64,000 bases of DNA from Candidatus Omnitrophota bacterium (GTDB lineage: Bacteria; Omnitrophota; Omnitrophia; Omnitrophales; Aquincolibacteriaceae). Positions 37,201 through 40,213 of this stretch are shown one piece after another. The stretch's first letter is position 1. Every line of letters starts with the position of its first letter. The DNA is taken from NCBI GenBank assembly GCA_020632475.1, contig JACKFM010000001.1:272125-336124 (forward strand), given 5' to 3'. The position numbers were made by a program, and so were the translations under genes. The notes under the pieces are model-generated. The model did no database searches. It was not told the origin of the DNA and saw only the letters and a program-made list of their open reading frames with translations.

Positions 37201-39994
37201 AACAGCGATTGACGCTGAAGTTCAGTCATTAGAGCAATATCTGCAAAATCAAAAATCCGAACTGAGAAGCAAGACAAGCGAGAAAAGAGAACATAAGGAC
37301 TGGTACTTTATTAAACAAAGAATTACGGGAGCCTATCAAGGTCTGTTTTTATGGAGACCTGCGGGATTTCAATATAAACCCGGTTTTTTTGAAGCATCCA
37401 AAAAAAATTCAAATGGTGAAGATCAAACCGTGCGCACACTCATCGCGGCGGTTTTTGCCTATACTGAAAAACGAACGGCGGAGGCCACGCCTCAACAGAA
37501 AATGATTGCCGCCAGAATGCAGACCCTTCGGGAGTCTTCGGCTGTAATCAGTATCGAAGACTATCCATTCCATTTTTTAAGACCGGGCGACGCAGTAAAA
37601 TTACCTGAGGCGACACGCGTTTCAGTGAGACGCCGCGCCATTCACATTTCGCGAAAATTGGTGGATGCGCTTAATCCCGAATCTGAACTGGATCTGGCGA
37701 TTCTGGCGTACTATTTAAATCGCGCTCAATATCAAATTGATCTTTATCATGACAATGCGGTTGCTCAAAAGCCAATTAGTGAAGCTCATCGAAAGATGAC
37801 CCGTGCCCGTGTGCGTCCGGATTATAAGGACCGCCGGTTTTTCTTTGGGAGCTTTGATTCCGAACAGGTTGGCTTCAGGTTTAAAGAGCTCCAGGACACT
37901 GATGCGGAGCTCTTGCGGGGAGATATCCCGCTCGAACAAGCGGCCGAACAGGAAGGCGCAGTGACCTTTGCCAATCGTCTTGATGATATTTTTGGAGAAT
38001 TAGGCGCAGATGAAACCGTTCCTCATGATCAGGATCTCCTGGGGCTGCTGCTGGCGACGGCACGCAACTTTGAACGTCTTGGTGTCGTGTATGACTTGAG
38101 GGACGATCATGCCAAGGCCGAAGAATTCTATAGCCGTGCGATTAAACTCTATACTTATGCTTTAAAGATTGATCCTACGGGTTGGGGGCCTGCCTTAATT
38201 CAGGAAGAAGTCATTTTTACTCTTCTTCGGCATGGGCGCGTGAAGGAATTCATCCAGGCATTCAAAAAATTGTTTACCGCGGGATATACCTTGAAAGATT
38301 TCCGCCAGAGGCAAATGGAGTTTGCCGAACCGGTTCTTCTGGAATGGGCGGTTCAGGCACTGCCCGATATGCTTTATAAACTTCATTTTTACCTTGCGGT
38401 CTTTCACAAGACCGGGGATCTGAAAAAGGTTCGTGAAGCAATTGTGACTGTGCGTAAACAGTATCAGGAAGTTATTTTTGAACTTGATGCACGTAAGCGA
38501 AATGCCCGTCGTGTCGGTGCCGATGCTAAAAGATTTGTGTCTAGTCACGGAATTCCTCGAAAACGTTATGGTTTGAGAATAAGTCAGTTTGCCGAGACGA
38601 ACAGTCTTCTTCATCGGCGCTTTAAACAAATTCAGGCAAAACTTGAACGCCGTTTGCCGGGATTATTTATTTTCCCGGAAGCCGCCGAAATGCCTTTAGC
38701 GGCCGTCAGTCTTATGCAGCAACGGCCGATTGCTCAATCCAGACTTGAGCAGGCAAAGACTCAATTCGAGCAATTGGATCGCCTTACACTTGAAAATGAA
38801 TATGCAGCGGTCCAGGCGCTTGTGAGCGGTTCTGAGTTTGTCGGATTTAAAATGCAGGTCAGAGATGAAGAGGCTTTGCGTCAGTGGAGAGCTGCGGCCG
38901 GAGATCAATCCCAGCGCAGGCGTTTATATCTTCCCGTTGCATGGCCAAAACGAAAACTGACTGTTGAGGAAGCTCATGCCGTTTCTGATATTCTGGCCGG
39001 ATATAGTTTGGCACACATGGGCCGGTTAAAGCTGAATGATCCATCGTTGATTTATTACGAAGATATGATGCTTCGCCGGTACACCGTACTGAAAAAAACC
39101 GAACTTCGACGGCAGGCCGCAGACTTGGGGACGGGGGGAGAAATCAAGACTTCCGTCTCAGTTGAGCAACCGTCCATTCAGTCCTCGGCCCTCAGTCCTC
39201 AGTCCTTCAGTGTAACTGAGTCTGTGGACCGTGAACTGTCAACTGTCGTCGTTTCAGTTGAGCAACCGTCCACTCAGCCCTCAGTTCTCAAACCTCAGTC
39301 CTTGCATTTCATCCATGACGGTCCGCGTTTTGGAATCATCCCTTTGCGTTTTCTTGAAAGCATGGGAGCCGTTGCGGTCATGAAACGTTTCGGGGCCGTG
39401 CTCTTTGGTCCGGCCGCTTATGCGGATACCATCAGTGCCAACCCGCTGACATTGGCAGAGTTAGCGCCGGCGGCAGGGCCTGTTCGGCCGATTCGCAGAA
39501 CTGTTTCCGATGAACGCAAAACCAAAGCTTTGGCCGCTCTCGGGATTAAGCAGGAAGGGGGTGCCTATGTCATGGGTTCCGGCTTTGCTCTGGAATATGG
39601 TGCATTGGCCGCATGGCATGAGATCTTTGGCAAAAAACCGGTTGTGGTGATTGTCCGCAACACTGAAGAACGCCGAAAAATCGAACAATATAATAAAGAG
39701 GTTCTGGTTAAACAGGGGTACCCGTCTGTTTTAATTGCTGATAATTTTCGTCAGGCCCGGACACAGATTGAAAAAGCGGTTTCTCAAATAGATGCGTCCC
39801 TGCGCGTTCAGGGCTTTTTCGCAACGGAGGATCTGGACCTGGCCGCTGAAGCCGAAGCGCTCAAAAAGCAGCTGGCTGATTTTTCGATTTATATACGCTC
39901 GCAAAACGAATTCCAGCGGTTTATTCGTGCTGCCCATCTCGAAGACATTGTTCAGACCTTCCTGGCAGCAAACGAGGTTTCCAGCGCTGCGTAA
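13226..39994 (+). CDS. giant multidomain protein 1 (8,922 aa) with signal peptide, conserved N-terminal domain, Nudix module, coiled-coil megaregion, polytopic membrane region and TPR-like C-terminal region
   Basis: Uninterrupted 26.8-kb ORF. Domains, in order:
- N-terminal signal-like MLMQKTKKQYLKIIAVLTAVVFTLTSLELQPLARA.
- Nudix box GX5EX7REUXEEXGU (...AEAALRETIEETGAK) at about 15900-16460.
- Lys-rich stretch KKKKDKKEKKKKRKENR at about 22435-22500.
- E/Q/R/L-rich heptad-like region at about 24400-30400.
- Hydrophobic helices at 31590-34530.
- TPR-like repeats at about 36100-36800.
The N-terminal roughly 450 aa are homologous to the start of giant ORF 2. Confidence 0.9.
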   Translation: MLMQKTKKQYLKIIAVLTAVVFTLTSLELQPLARAMQVAPAAVSGEISPHSVFELNLPPELGVIQNLISGDRGAIVHLQAAHGNYDAQKKIENILHYLKDQYGMNLLLVEGSAFKLRPERIRFFPKQMNLNREILEGLAHKALVKGAELFLAEDKGAEAYGIENLETYKADAEAFRSVMEHREQIENFLKRLHQDIEALKAQTLNPVLKNFLREAERYFQNTTLLGDRIHWLAAQSKDQLEIDFSNVIYQMDWPMLVRYFALKTVEGKLDSTAFEKERDAFLAVLVGDRAEALPAGQAGLSPLVTKRVTTLLTEPISENQLPDPETGLLFEKMAEALPLNFDYDAYPNVKLFIGHLILQSEIKAAPLYAEIDRLENQILEKLIRTPAEREVVEKIKQARLLEKLLHLELMPEEWKKLQTADLATGRKETGRQGEGVTGSESVIPAEAAPSGGQAGIHSTTEPSAFDLLPSLSAERPSVQSSRHTEGGQAALSPQSFDIPEDMQTIYQNALEFYRLAEKRDEAMLENIEAKLAETGKNKAVVITGGFHSQAFFEHFRENGYSYALVSPEIKELSGREAYVESMLKNSSAHRRQTADDGLATEIASPTARNDGSLSIIPAQAGIHSTTETSRPSALSPQSSLESLFLALSRQEIEQSGGNTRWLFQQVRNEIRNVLKRHDLKALDLKSELRTDATDESASAAAADTEMFAPEITWIRQASGEQGDQPYLIRLRLEQSKALSGGTGFQNRYLVEVAALDQMMDIDTVQNNPRLYAGSISLTFDWQGKLIKNEQFNLIFLIGIDLIFNEILKKDIQPFILQKLESLTGKAFNETNAELIDGAASFDDVLRHDRRLSPERDYNALTPGQFRNTFYAGYESGRIQHESMYEQWKATGGTEGEDKFHIGGMIILRKINGKWSFLLGRRNKTGKPFYRDYTIPVGKKESRIGLGLEFDRFFNQRKLEKLKTIGLTLHDGEIMDPVEFIAEAALRETIEETGAKHDPLYGPTVSDFVARLNDFEGYDPRVLISLFVYIDENDSPDVNETEELVDYRWVPLDVILISGDPGEAVQEFLGPGEHLIREFRETGLLHFQKILRDALTPWTKFPSKTELRIEPGLNLKSELRSGEEFLAAHQETVGTYSGQSILLIGSMNDGDLARSIAEALIAGYENFTLRLFDPDDGQVVQEFGTSLRQGLKQGVTVTATREVNEALKKFATQQATIIINVSPHEKPFDGFENVPESVHVLKATVTSDGSATQDVEQPSPQPSVLSPQSSALTEPSQSFMAKSAFERKLEALAEPGSVTERNDDGWKEIAVWFSSYMIEEIPDEELSDLDKEAREIFMRSLTVSGAYKDNRPKAITAFTNLKKSPQGIKQFKDLFAVHIAHINHIIKALREERIEEQGEIPKAGASDEERQRHDYKQLIRSDEKSVQYEFIPNFFSAGMADDGEDPRNAESRFILNPFYFYRESGLHGVTDPSVTAALLIDRDNPVRSIRVIESEGHRSLLLEFESDQTLLTPYGKKKSSYPIPGGYLRMFVLKQNEVDDSGWEAFGKNIEQDLGTYTFGEDEDVPAKKQKLEALFEKVTAGQVLVQDLYTQTTPQLIRNFSDYMGRSADEANAIYFHHWAIYEGRKKDNPESVTPVAIDRDFLEEHFQAWKENKPVPDIPLRAVTGEGMETVTEHERWIEEILDPENGWNQFEWLQALDAVLQSHLPEVWESTIASGPGTMQLAESEFQTGGGAEDAGEPLLGTSSSMLPGFETPGLFQPDEPRNFLLAESSKVWELNEYERKVVAEVTAENKEALRDIKNRLNYKIAEPEEVQIYLRAYAATLNRKLKSYRLDAEQGLPGTVEDNEAILDRPLEESIEAYRDGIRHLERRQEFGTWLHLASGGLVVSGSETDSRAAFNPAILLALRRAGFVPGYPVRDFNAQDYLSEHKEALDVHQNKNILIVGLSSKESEKLSIALAEQFETEGITITLVDEATTPAEAKDHEKAFRESYPNLHLKVITKPGEIQGALSEAGLIFKTHDSEKLFISEQKIPEGVRVLEVPLAAQQTIESLLDDRIRPEKLNVHNPLSLGRVNPIRRIIAVEGRGKTPPHLVVEFSSPAGGYSSKFIRLNILHESLPESPREDEMTDAFMKRVFEYNYAVLQGFEINGTESAEDRKRIIDGLKDLAAQGLILAETRYELKHDEEHIGRFADFTARSETEAKAIRAFYPAIYARDTLATHRMRLAQKLGFNLGMYGPQTAAIFLKRVHMIDVHPELSILRDEAESKGFFAPLIALSVAAEDDGSILLGDANAEIDSFMAKVLNVIGKARRPSIDLVGRLETVEALIQTKAESDAAGTANSKAWIIDTGDPEEDRTLAREIRYIFRLEVLYRLTYETFHSDNLIRGTHADGTSMRVKVWNALSQKAEQIWHSDTTSSRIWMLALNVNRDKWESFVAEQWPGFWQIFTEPETEDNGAFLAQNSGVMAINQRRLLPASLPETLGKFSKFTERDMPREKTGFDITAIPNRTTLTAEEIRAGITLKKFPAQKLNGGFEAILQSLKRSGIEDLARFKRKESRKMQAFLDDIVAIRELYEAGHYEEALRIVNRYVAFQPQPASAADGAVVSGDRAEALSPDSTAAASTAALLTGTGDEGAHIDWRGYLPEGDLIEPPVDGAAEALGEMQTRLIEKVKRRSGGTSVVTILHDLDRAGHIGQTFNVLMAALAKIAEGHEDDDTAAARALVDEIKILIPRQIKSGASADIDAFEEKTHEMSDDDALNELEVIETDFSQTVDVLRGPVAGEIFSDQLDEGTRAFEQSLEYLGKVRRVLESSIAMTHDAANHPETVRGLLQSSAELAGEFNAENQWGIRLGFARAAYARRFTDAALAGQTQTQTADLETGRVGDGETRQKEVGQAGRESVGVDAAEPTLQKSRRQLLAETQPEVSKHDPENPDELWTFVQSEGCEGCMIVQFTPGGWLYSTESQARVREAFNKNDQTRAKKRDADTVSNAMAAYRETSAGSVVIVPDERINLRGAWHDSGNKVLYFGEKVFRAATAAMIVVALEKHDLNGLNQAAAAYWKSVAQSAQPAAVPKKKKDKKEKKKKRKENRAAARGPQDLTAEIAILEGFPGMQEELRAVSVNESASPEVESPESPQHDVEPVQPVERLATSDVSTAESEGPKEAVEPVELPQSSRQTEGGQAVLSPQTPEAVESESQVVVEPVDSGPSTVDSSAAEIVEPVEPMDHGLPTVDSSGATEPPQPSNILDPALRVRFKESVQAGVIRGQVSANRMFLEKPNPLVGEFDQKIVLDTSEMPDGAFFVMPVSTPKDTVMPLVQAPDAVKRGRIAKIRRYVSQHTLDTQIMEHTDQVTALVKAGRAVKGEPKTRFEAIFDRGIELLLIPDASGKTVEQRMHETEVRYAGRHEEFEKTVRAVQDYNRWFLYYSSRFVDLTGRLKKKTGDNQQVDVEVLSEILTELARSEKTWPELQSEIKRIREHIPSSGTMNYQEARLLIGRGESIIGNMILDDMLSAASPDILQVVFYDARSTFFLEWYRTQKQAIPEGEDDLLRFEATLLMSVRMLVNYKLESQMTEQITEAAREFSANERMTRKVVSAGGLLYAGQTNRYFQGGGAIETSGEYAPNYSRIHSSAFYEKGDRVIFLYHSETGYPNPAEQQNYLNDSTILRESLEDNAGVYLGTIDAEGELRIFEYAGNDLGIETFEFVEAFDRALDKKFWAPIKTSALKSEDELRVERRRITAHQFAQIAEAELAQIPGMDQVKASRLMLDARRQFKPELDRLAAMKLKHPGAPPKAKNLQKAYKKQLKAVQVELDVVDDLIDSLAARLVMYISERIAAESPDHGDWKQIAIEGLSGIVPPRWVPVEELEVPAQPVPAGKSPAAGLSDERQAKLASQIDQVIESVISKTEMTDGDEIAALRAFAHTQWDHGGSPGYARLKAAWNQNRAVFVQISALQGVEPGDLQAVETALSHSVQATRPQARIEQAQKELLSRMADAVLTEIEEALGAVYAGARAELRQQVRSEIRIEAVEVLDEKLTRVEAAMALMQRFPDLADAERMTQLNRAKARIQSIRLAAPLLFRFDQAHPEITAESAKTVRQLLTDARDVLASIQEFNVPEDSARLIETRNRLIYRYAEVVQAAVPQDPTGPDPQSAGLASAAAALLTEFHEPDFQTAIDALQRLVSSAQRRKAAEQMVESLTGLQPGLQDESLTSAVAVRVREVLEGVEGFLTGPDAQEDEWSERVRNLRDDMIAQISRRIDQVGHDKGETAADLQKTVNQLKAIREGLEGTEVPVLSPVIERLHALEETVGHEFHAAVLRERPLYEDFREIEGPSDYVKDLLIRILNVESQGDKTPAQWKALHQEFFDYFLVLEGNTARPGQAQPNAAEAEVWNKARKAFDGEAGPKMQAYRHEFGFTAGKLLTKEFAMQRDPKNKVGSFGSESDQPLSAKRIQLQPTKTLLLMALNMARIFAGQAAEAQEHRGPPLEAMPEANPAMNAEEAFAFMREYLINDNRRDGFLYYNNQPLALGYLSSSAVHENSVGAPINLSHLEAARHSGLMPVLGIEQFLRAISFNGVKKVDLIEANADNPPALAVWFAKPFTESFTEFAYEGATLVVLKEAPQEGRDIHDLVESSGEQINRYVFSESDDADEKARKTAALLDLITEEKTLYRGTYRVSFFAENAVKLGRTMGRTRAEEWLITQSVKLGFVSPQAYIKRYGESAPTYAEWYHRFRLFKQVQRPLLAFFTGAGPRSSELERENIAFMIQNELTLPLARLLIARSGKDWLIDPRAVAGFAAGMNKFIARGVVGSLDALAWANTELESNAARAAFSAEFGLSLLSEFQRKNLQGLDIYDLRQALVRETELVFGVNLNIDVRTYRSPVKSAKDAAAVKVQIEQEDNALWNLFETPGDQQVSAEIEQRLEKRRQLGPDPVTVDCTSAESCAQGIADLTQWVRVRQTHPEVTDYLGVIESAVQARVLAERGNVRQALSEIEIILSQPGFDQHPKHAAVTSFGGYLNERLQRRASELPGLIFEALTAAQDQTTVDQLQGYAVELEALRGQTTDATESAQSSRQTEGGQAVLSPQSLIAIRQAYENGRLREAADQVSGLAQAPGPYQETLRQFAGRIEQEIEAKVTPLERQIQEFVQDLFKRVEDNLARAVSQSTADTKTALAEVERDLREVQARLGHLPQSDFLASERKRHEVFSAQIGRIRPAVEMIEEIEFLPGSFVPGDYEANQNQIRTLSGRVDTFIASELQDQTDADWILKIQNARQSLINEYTDEASETLTAQLEAIVSRGDFQAQSQGLAELQESIGTVRAFTAEFKVSKEDDLNRLEVAIQEKEKELQAKNERVQGVPVIIERMRKAISDIQSGEQVSGGRVKRLLAEGYELGRTLVPAKDEGELVALGNARKDLAGEYSEGLLLELDQRKDLAHGRDADGKPVEAVEWTPQEMRDFLLRLNDLLNVVRSAPQDRTDPDTDHLYLGIQDEMAVILRQGAGLAEGDILRLHRAKTKKSEETTIDIRIDRIDSEEVHFSVTLQGSEVALSGHDLMEETRHENAWPFKAAEVSDKRQKNPGESSMTVTLGYPSDGSEAASPDWVFGLGEAKPLFIASSRARNAQGTADEQIFEFLQKNADILLSAWHLDEDADYVTLALYERDESEEWSLEFVENPENVQWRRDAERALENKEERAGEFQELIEQLQLAELEINDEETDFVPTLENVHRVGNLLNDAAKQYKRLVPGVDDEMMQSVTDALTSTLQAFFTSILTAIYYETGENQDGPEISAVLNPDTNLNLNFVHELMLIVGEAIRTLSDFESYEQVLREQWLYPLFEMENYFLKQHGVALVENSRLTAVERTSGEYSDFNFEGMAQDRQSGRIQKGLISWTARTPAAQLPLIGRFINYKYLDELKGETDPWMAYVHEVISRSKRRQRTQKDGGVVTTRFNIHSYGNDEDKRWFNAFALYDLDTLIGLVGDAETGQSGSLGLEEEDIDRLMFEAPRLAMQVLETEHETADERVYVTQTLYTSDPAADTVNFLRGRYLLHFSGEKENDPVRAEAWKAVNEAFEKYRESFSPKSELRRQTADLVTGRLGVPLTSRLRWTSEESESESQKVESSLYPEQSLRRSEARRTTFFSLLSLLNYFSVSAGLGFLAHILFPAIPYLPAAVFVAAAVFTGISPFGEEWLMSLADRLRWIPESWVKKRAVRFYDQIASRAHALKDSEMIEGLKRINPASPVRLLMDHILIRVMQMSDTIGFYIEQVLFKFLFNYTAVEQILELGYQNRYRQLRNTIHNAYSEYLMDRLEDSFHRFYISYQLAARSLRYAYWPMLPWIFARFNFNSLILLASLFRTGPPQSAYAAPSRFTVLSYNLKTLWFLVRALIFQEDLTAADESFFIFSRSLVDDVLDTPYSVNHQDRPHLVRYILDLMTRAVSEQPGLTDREIRHWQWIYVTQNHERRAFSVLRHSARYRNVLRRFMSNERMIIESTGALSLRKLLQTLDLETADQVSLEMSKQSRHREDEFREVFEGHISVKNQLFHWKYHAVWAGVVLMLVTAVMFLAGAHGVFMMPALHFYALFMPITIASFAALAFSLIYRQVKHQLDAELKEKTAAHNEDQNTKIGFKPIHSRVVLARYIPPGQDLHQSVLAQITDVDHERRSVSLKYIQDGRLIYRPKVNMRFIQVLQATQDSMALLARPGFLGEREYPETMDAQVLERFTGEFTRLVKEGADGDSFALQQRPHFIKFVLGEYFDFLSSEHRDESEGWLDDLMKSTLADKYHSVFVSPRGYGRYLPDLIKEFYRKKYIDPAGRWNWPVLYKTFGYDFVSNLRIDLMKSRESLNAQAHLNQLESIEGKLATRAFVLRIALMAAFLLLPLSLVFAAMPNSLVFIASVASVTLFFGVDFFTGRLVDTLVDYSLKLKNPHQPLNAYADQVLSQLQIGDEVEYFDPRYAVVQKGLLRQELEKDQPLVAEVLSINRQNRTVRLRYYYSRVSSDGLESHYTPDQVEETSVLGGRIEKLELISELLDDQLNAGVPRHAELRTLTSLKRLDDKVIEIYEARMAALKAKSQKHRIFFGVIALAIAALAAISWQTAILLAAPYVIYELARILFFDHTTVRWPVLGAFFRAIPAREMQFPALQRLYADPVQYWNQRSVRQRAQRIADVAEQRFKDEVKIVRTVEHTADFAENAADVLKLVTGRGGEIQAGKGFDQRVFTRFKRVYAVDEDAVFMLTRDGRFYLMHKLESGTQEASGRVQAIFEAESLGAVTVPIQVSGRLIRKTVQQGKQRVEESVTKIDGVPYAFYKIENYPDWFFNPEVTLEQKQAMLVREQSPDLVTGRPGDGETGRKETGRQGDGVSEFKSQQVEGPESPQVPVESAQSPVPSPQSSEATEPAPLLPSDEQPATSDINPAELENVSADTSDQTVQLVRDHTAYAADLSGESAGAEELRDALAHLTHAVQLGLKLLEVAAQDADTRDLLYIAGQFKSLSDALERAFEIRGRYRALVPEAEEPSLDENPLILMTATLWEDEFMKYLPVPQAARILDAAARMASEEQYSESDLADSLWATALQTLDRDWTLDLGFERLMYQKQEAVQKEKVKTAEVDSENPALKKQLSDFYSGVGRLRKGTPDNEAIIAVALQIFEAISDWPDEYYQRKDVQGMSIAMSQLAGIMREHDLYERAVELLKLYVSKTENQPNAFILFHLGGIYRRAAHFAWKANDRKTNIRYLERSLFYYAQGLPGANPDEKLDPVLEGLANQVIPTLLKAAREGRFDWKMLNPTLRQFVTSIRLLMRRHEWIPQSHGQLLALALNKIVLDWKTQGLYQAAQLSAELAYALDPVNPYVLFNLADIAVAQGRLDKAREYREEIVRLNETAVTPFDLRVLNSLIRQAERKEDRTDKVFAPAHQVVMSTKRRRVLETKLRTLPQTAAAEIDETTPAETDWNALIALLDEIEVFHRRVRTGELVDGAVFEEQERLQNQIAGYEFEEIGRFYALLYLDSTDETAIDAEVQSLEQYLQNQKSELRSKTSEKREHKDWYFIKQRITGAYQGLFLWRPAGFQYKPGFFEASKKNSNGEDQTVRTLIAAVFAYTEKRTAEATPQQKMIAARMQTLRESSAVISIEDYPFHFLRPGDAVKLPEATRVSVRRRAIHISRKLVDALNPESELDLAILAYYLNRAQYQIDLYHDNAVAQKPISEAHRKMTRARVRPDYKDRRFFFGSFDSEQVGFRFKELQDTDAELLRGDIPLEQAAEQEGAVTFANRLDDIFGELGADETVPHDQDLLGLLLATARNFERLGVVYDLRDDHAKAEEFYSRAIKLYTYALKIDPTGWGPALIQEEVIFTLLRHGRVKEFIQAFKKLFTAGYTLKDFRQRQMEFAEPVLLEWAVQALPDMLYKLHFYLAVFHKTGDLKKVREAIVTVRKQYQEVIFELDARKRNARRVGADAKRFVSSHGIPRKRYGLRISQFAETNSLLHRRFKQIQAKLERRLPGLFIFPEAAEMPLAAVSLMQQRPIAQSRLEQAKTQFEQLDRLTLENEYAAVQALVSGSEFVGFKMQVRDEEALRQWRAAAGDQSQRRRLYLPVAWPKRKLTVEEAHAVSDILAGYSLAHMGRLKLNDPSLIYYEDMMLRRYTVLKKTELRRQAADLGTGGEIKTSVSVEQPSIQSSALSPQSFSVTESVDRELSTVVVSVEQPSTQPSVLKPQSLHFIHDGPRFGIIPLRFLESMGAVAVMKRFGAVLFGPAAYADTISANPLTLAELAPAAGPVRPIRRTVSDERKTKALAALGIKQEGGAYVMGSGFALEYGALAAWHEIFGKKPVVVIVRNTEERRKIEQYNKEVLVKQGYPSVLIADNFRQARTQIEKAVSQIDASLRVQGFFATEDLDLAAEAEALKKQLADFSIYIRSQNEFQRFIRAAHLEDIVQTFLAANEVSSAA
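14084..14130 (+). repeat. intragenic hairpin repeat, family C (ggggacaggg...cctgtcccc), in-frame in giant ORF 1
   Basis: ggggacagggccgaagccctgcctgccggacaggcgggcctgtcccc, encoding GDRAEALPAGQAGLSP. The same arms occur at 21027-21056, 55038-55066 and intergenically at 42574-42599. Confidence 0.7.
14483..14548 (+). repeat. intragenic G-rich repeat, family D (cagacttggNgacggggaga...), in-frame in giant ORF 1
   Basis: cgcagacttggcgacggggagaaaagagacggggcgacagggtgaaggggtgacggggagtgag, encoding ADLATGRKETGRQGEGVTGSE. Related copies at 21842-21880, 31454-31480, 35190-35270 and 39119-39142. Confidence 0.7.
14661..14710 (+). repeat. intragenic hairpin repeat, family A (cccgccaaacagaaggcggg core), in-frame in giant ORF 1
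   Basis: agtcctcccgccacacagaaggcgggcaggcagccctcagccctcagtcc, encoding SSRHTEGGQAALSPQS. Near-identical copies at 22727-22777 and 28405-28463. An intergenic relative is at 42621-42645. Confidence 0.75.
15071..15142 (+). repeat. composite intragenic repeat: perfect hairpin attcctgcGCAAgcaggaat followed by a cctcagccctcagtcct unit (family B)
   Basis: 15071-15090 is an 8-bp stem with a 4-nt loop. 15111-15142 is ctcggccctcagccctcagccctcagtcctct. Together they encode IPAQAGIHSTTETSRPSALSPQSS. A related copy (caagcaggaatccatagtacaaccgag) sits at about 14580-14615. Confidence 0.65.
16988..17032 (+). repeat. family B (gagcaaccgtcc-cctcagccctcagtcctcagtcc) intragenic repeat
   Basis: gagcaaccgtcccctcagccctcagtcctcagtccccagtcctct encodes EQPSPQPSVLSPQSS. 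Related copies at 35321-35356, 39161-39210, 39256-39303 and 45763-45808, plus an inverted intergenic cluster at 43881-43938. Confidence 0.7.
21027..21056 (+). repeat. family C hairpin repeat copy in giant ORF 1
   Basis: cggggacagggctgaagccctgtccccgg encodes SGDRAEALSPD. Perfect 9-bp arms gggacaggg / ccctgtccc. Confidence 0.7.
21842..21880 (+). repeat. family D repeat copy in giant ORF 1
   Basis: gcagacttggagacggggagagttggagacggggagacc encodes ADLETGRVGDGET. Confidence 0.65.
22727..22777 (+). repeat. family A hairpin repeat copy in giant ORF 1
   Basis: cctcagtcctcccgccaaacagaaggcgggcaggcagtcctcagtcctcag encodes PQSSRQTEGGQAVLSPQ. Confidence 0.75.
28405..28463 (+). repeat. family A hairpin repeat copy in giant ORF 1
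   Basis: gtccgctcagtcctcccgccaaacagaaggcgggcaggcagtcctcagtcctcagtcc encodes SAQSSRQTEGGQAVLSPQS. Confidence 0.75.
31454..31480 (+). repeat. family D repeat copy in giant ORF 1
   Basis: gcagacctggtgacggggagactggga encodes ADLVTGRLG, preceded by RRQT as in the other copies. Confidence 0.55.
35190..35356 (+). repeat. composite repeat block in giant ORF 1: family D, then a gtccggaaagtcctcaa unit, then family B
   Basis: 35190-35270 is cagacttggtgacggggagaccgggagatggggagacagggagaaaagagacggggcgacagggtgacggggtgagtgag. 35287-35313 is gaaggtccggaaagtcctcaagtccc, and the same unit occurs at about 22597-22620. 35321-35356 is tccgctcagtccccagtccccagtcctcagtcctct. Confidence 0.7.
39119..39303 (+). repeat. 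repeat block near the 3' end of giant ORF 1: one family D copy and two family B copies
   Basis: 39119-39142 is gcagacttggggacggggggagaa. 39161-39210 and 39256-39303 both start gttgagcaaccgtcc and continue ...ctcagtcctcagtcc. They encode VEQPSIQSSALSPQS and VEQPSTQPSVLKPQS. Confidence 0.7.
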
Positions 39995-39995
39995 T

Positions 39996-40053
39996 ACGCG
40001 GTTTCATTGGCCGCGATTACGCGTACCCAAGCATAGGCTTGGGTGCTGCGTAC
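39996..40053 (+). terminator. hairpins immediately downstream of the giant ORF 1 stop
   Basis: gcgtaatacgcgg tttcattgg ccgcgattacgc is an imperfect stem. A perfect cccaagc-atag-gcttggg hairpin lies at 40036-40053. The direct repeat cggtttcattggc occurs twice (40007-40019 and 40053-40065). No U-tract. Confidence 0.3.
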
Positions 40054-40213
40054 GGTTTCATTGGCACCACGCAGTTCTCAAACTGGACAATGCGCGGTAC
40101 AAGTATCTCTAACAATTTTGAATCAATAACACATACTTTCAAAATTGAAGAGATACTAGCCGCGTAATATTTTTTGCTTTAAAAGTCTGCATCCCCTCAA
40201 TAAGATACTTTCC

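Noticed and set aside
13637-39937. Dozens of 60-240-aa minus-strand and off-frame ORFs inside the giant genes, for example 34772-35485 (-) and 40139-40825 (-)
   Set aside because: All are nested antisense or out-of-frame within long, motif-rich coding regions. Their translations are low-complexity, lack RBS context and are partly generated by the palindromic repeats themselves.
13226-39994. Possibility that the 26.8-kb ORF is an assembly artefact or a string of fused genes or pseudogenes
   Set aside because: There is no stop codon in 8,922 codons. Recognisable domains are in sensible order, hydrophobic helices are intact, and a paralogous N-terminus appears in a second giant ORF. A chance ORF of this length is essentially impossible. 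Only long-read data could exclude local mis-joins at repeats.
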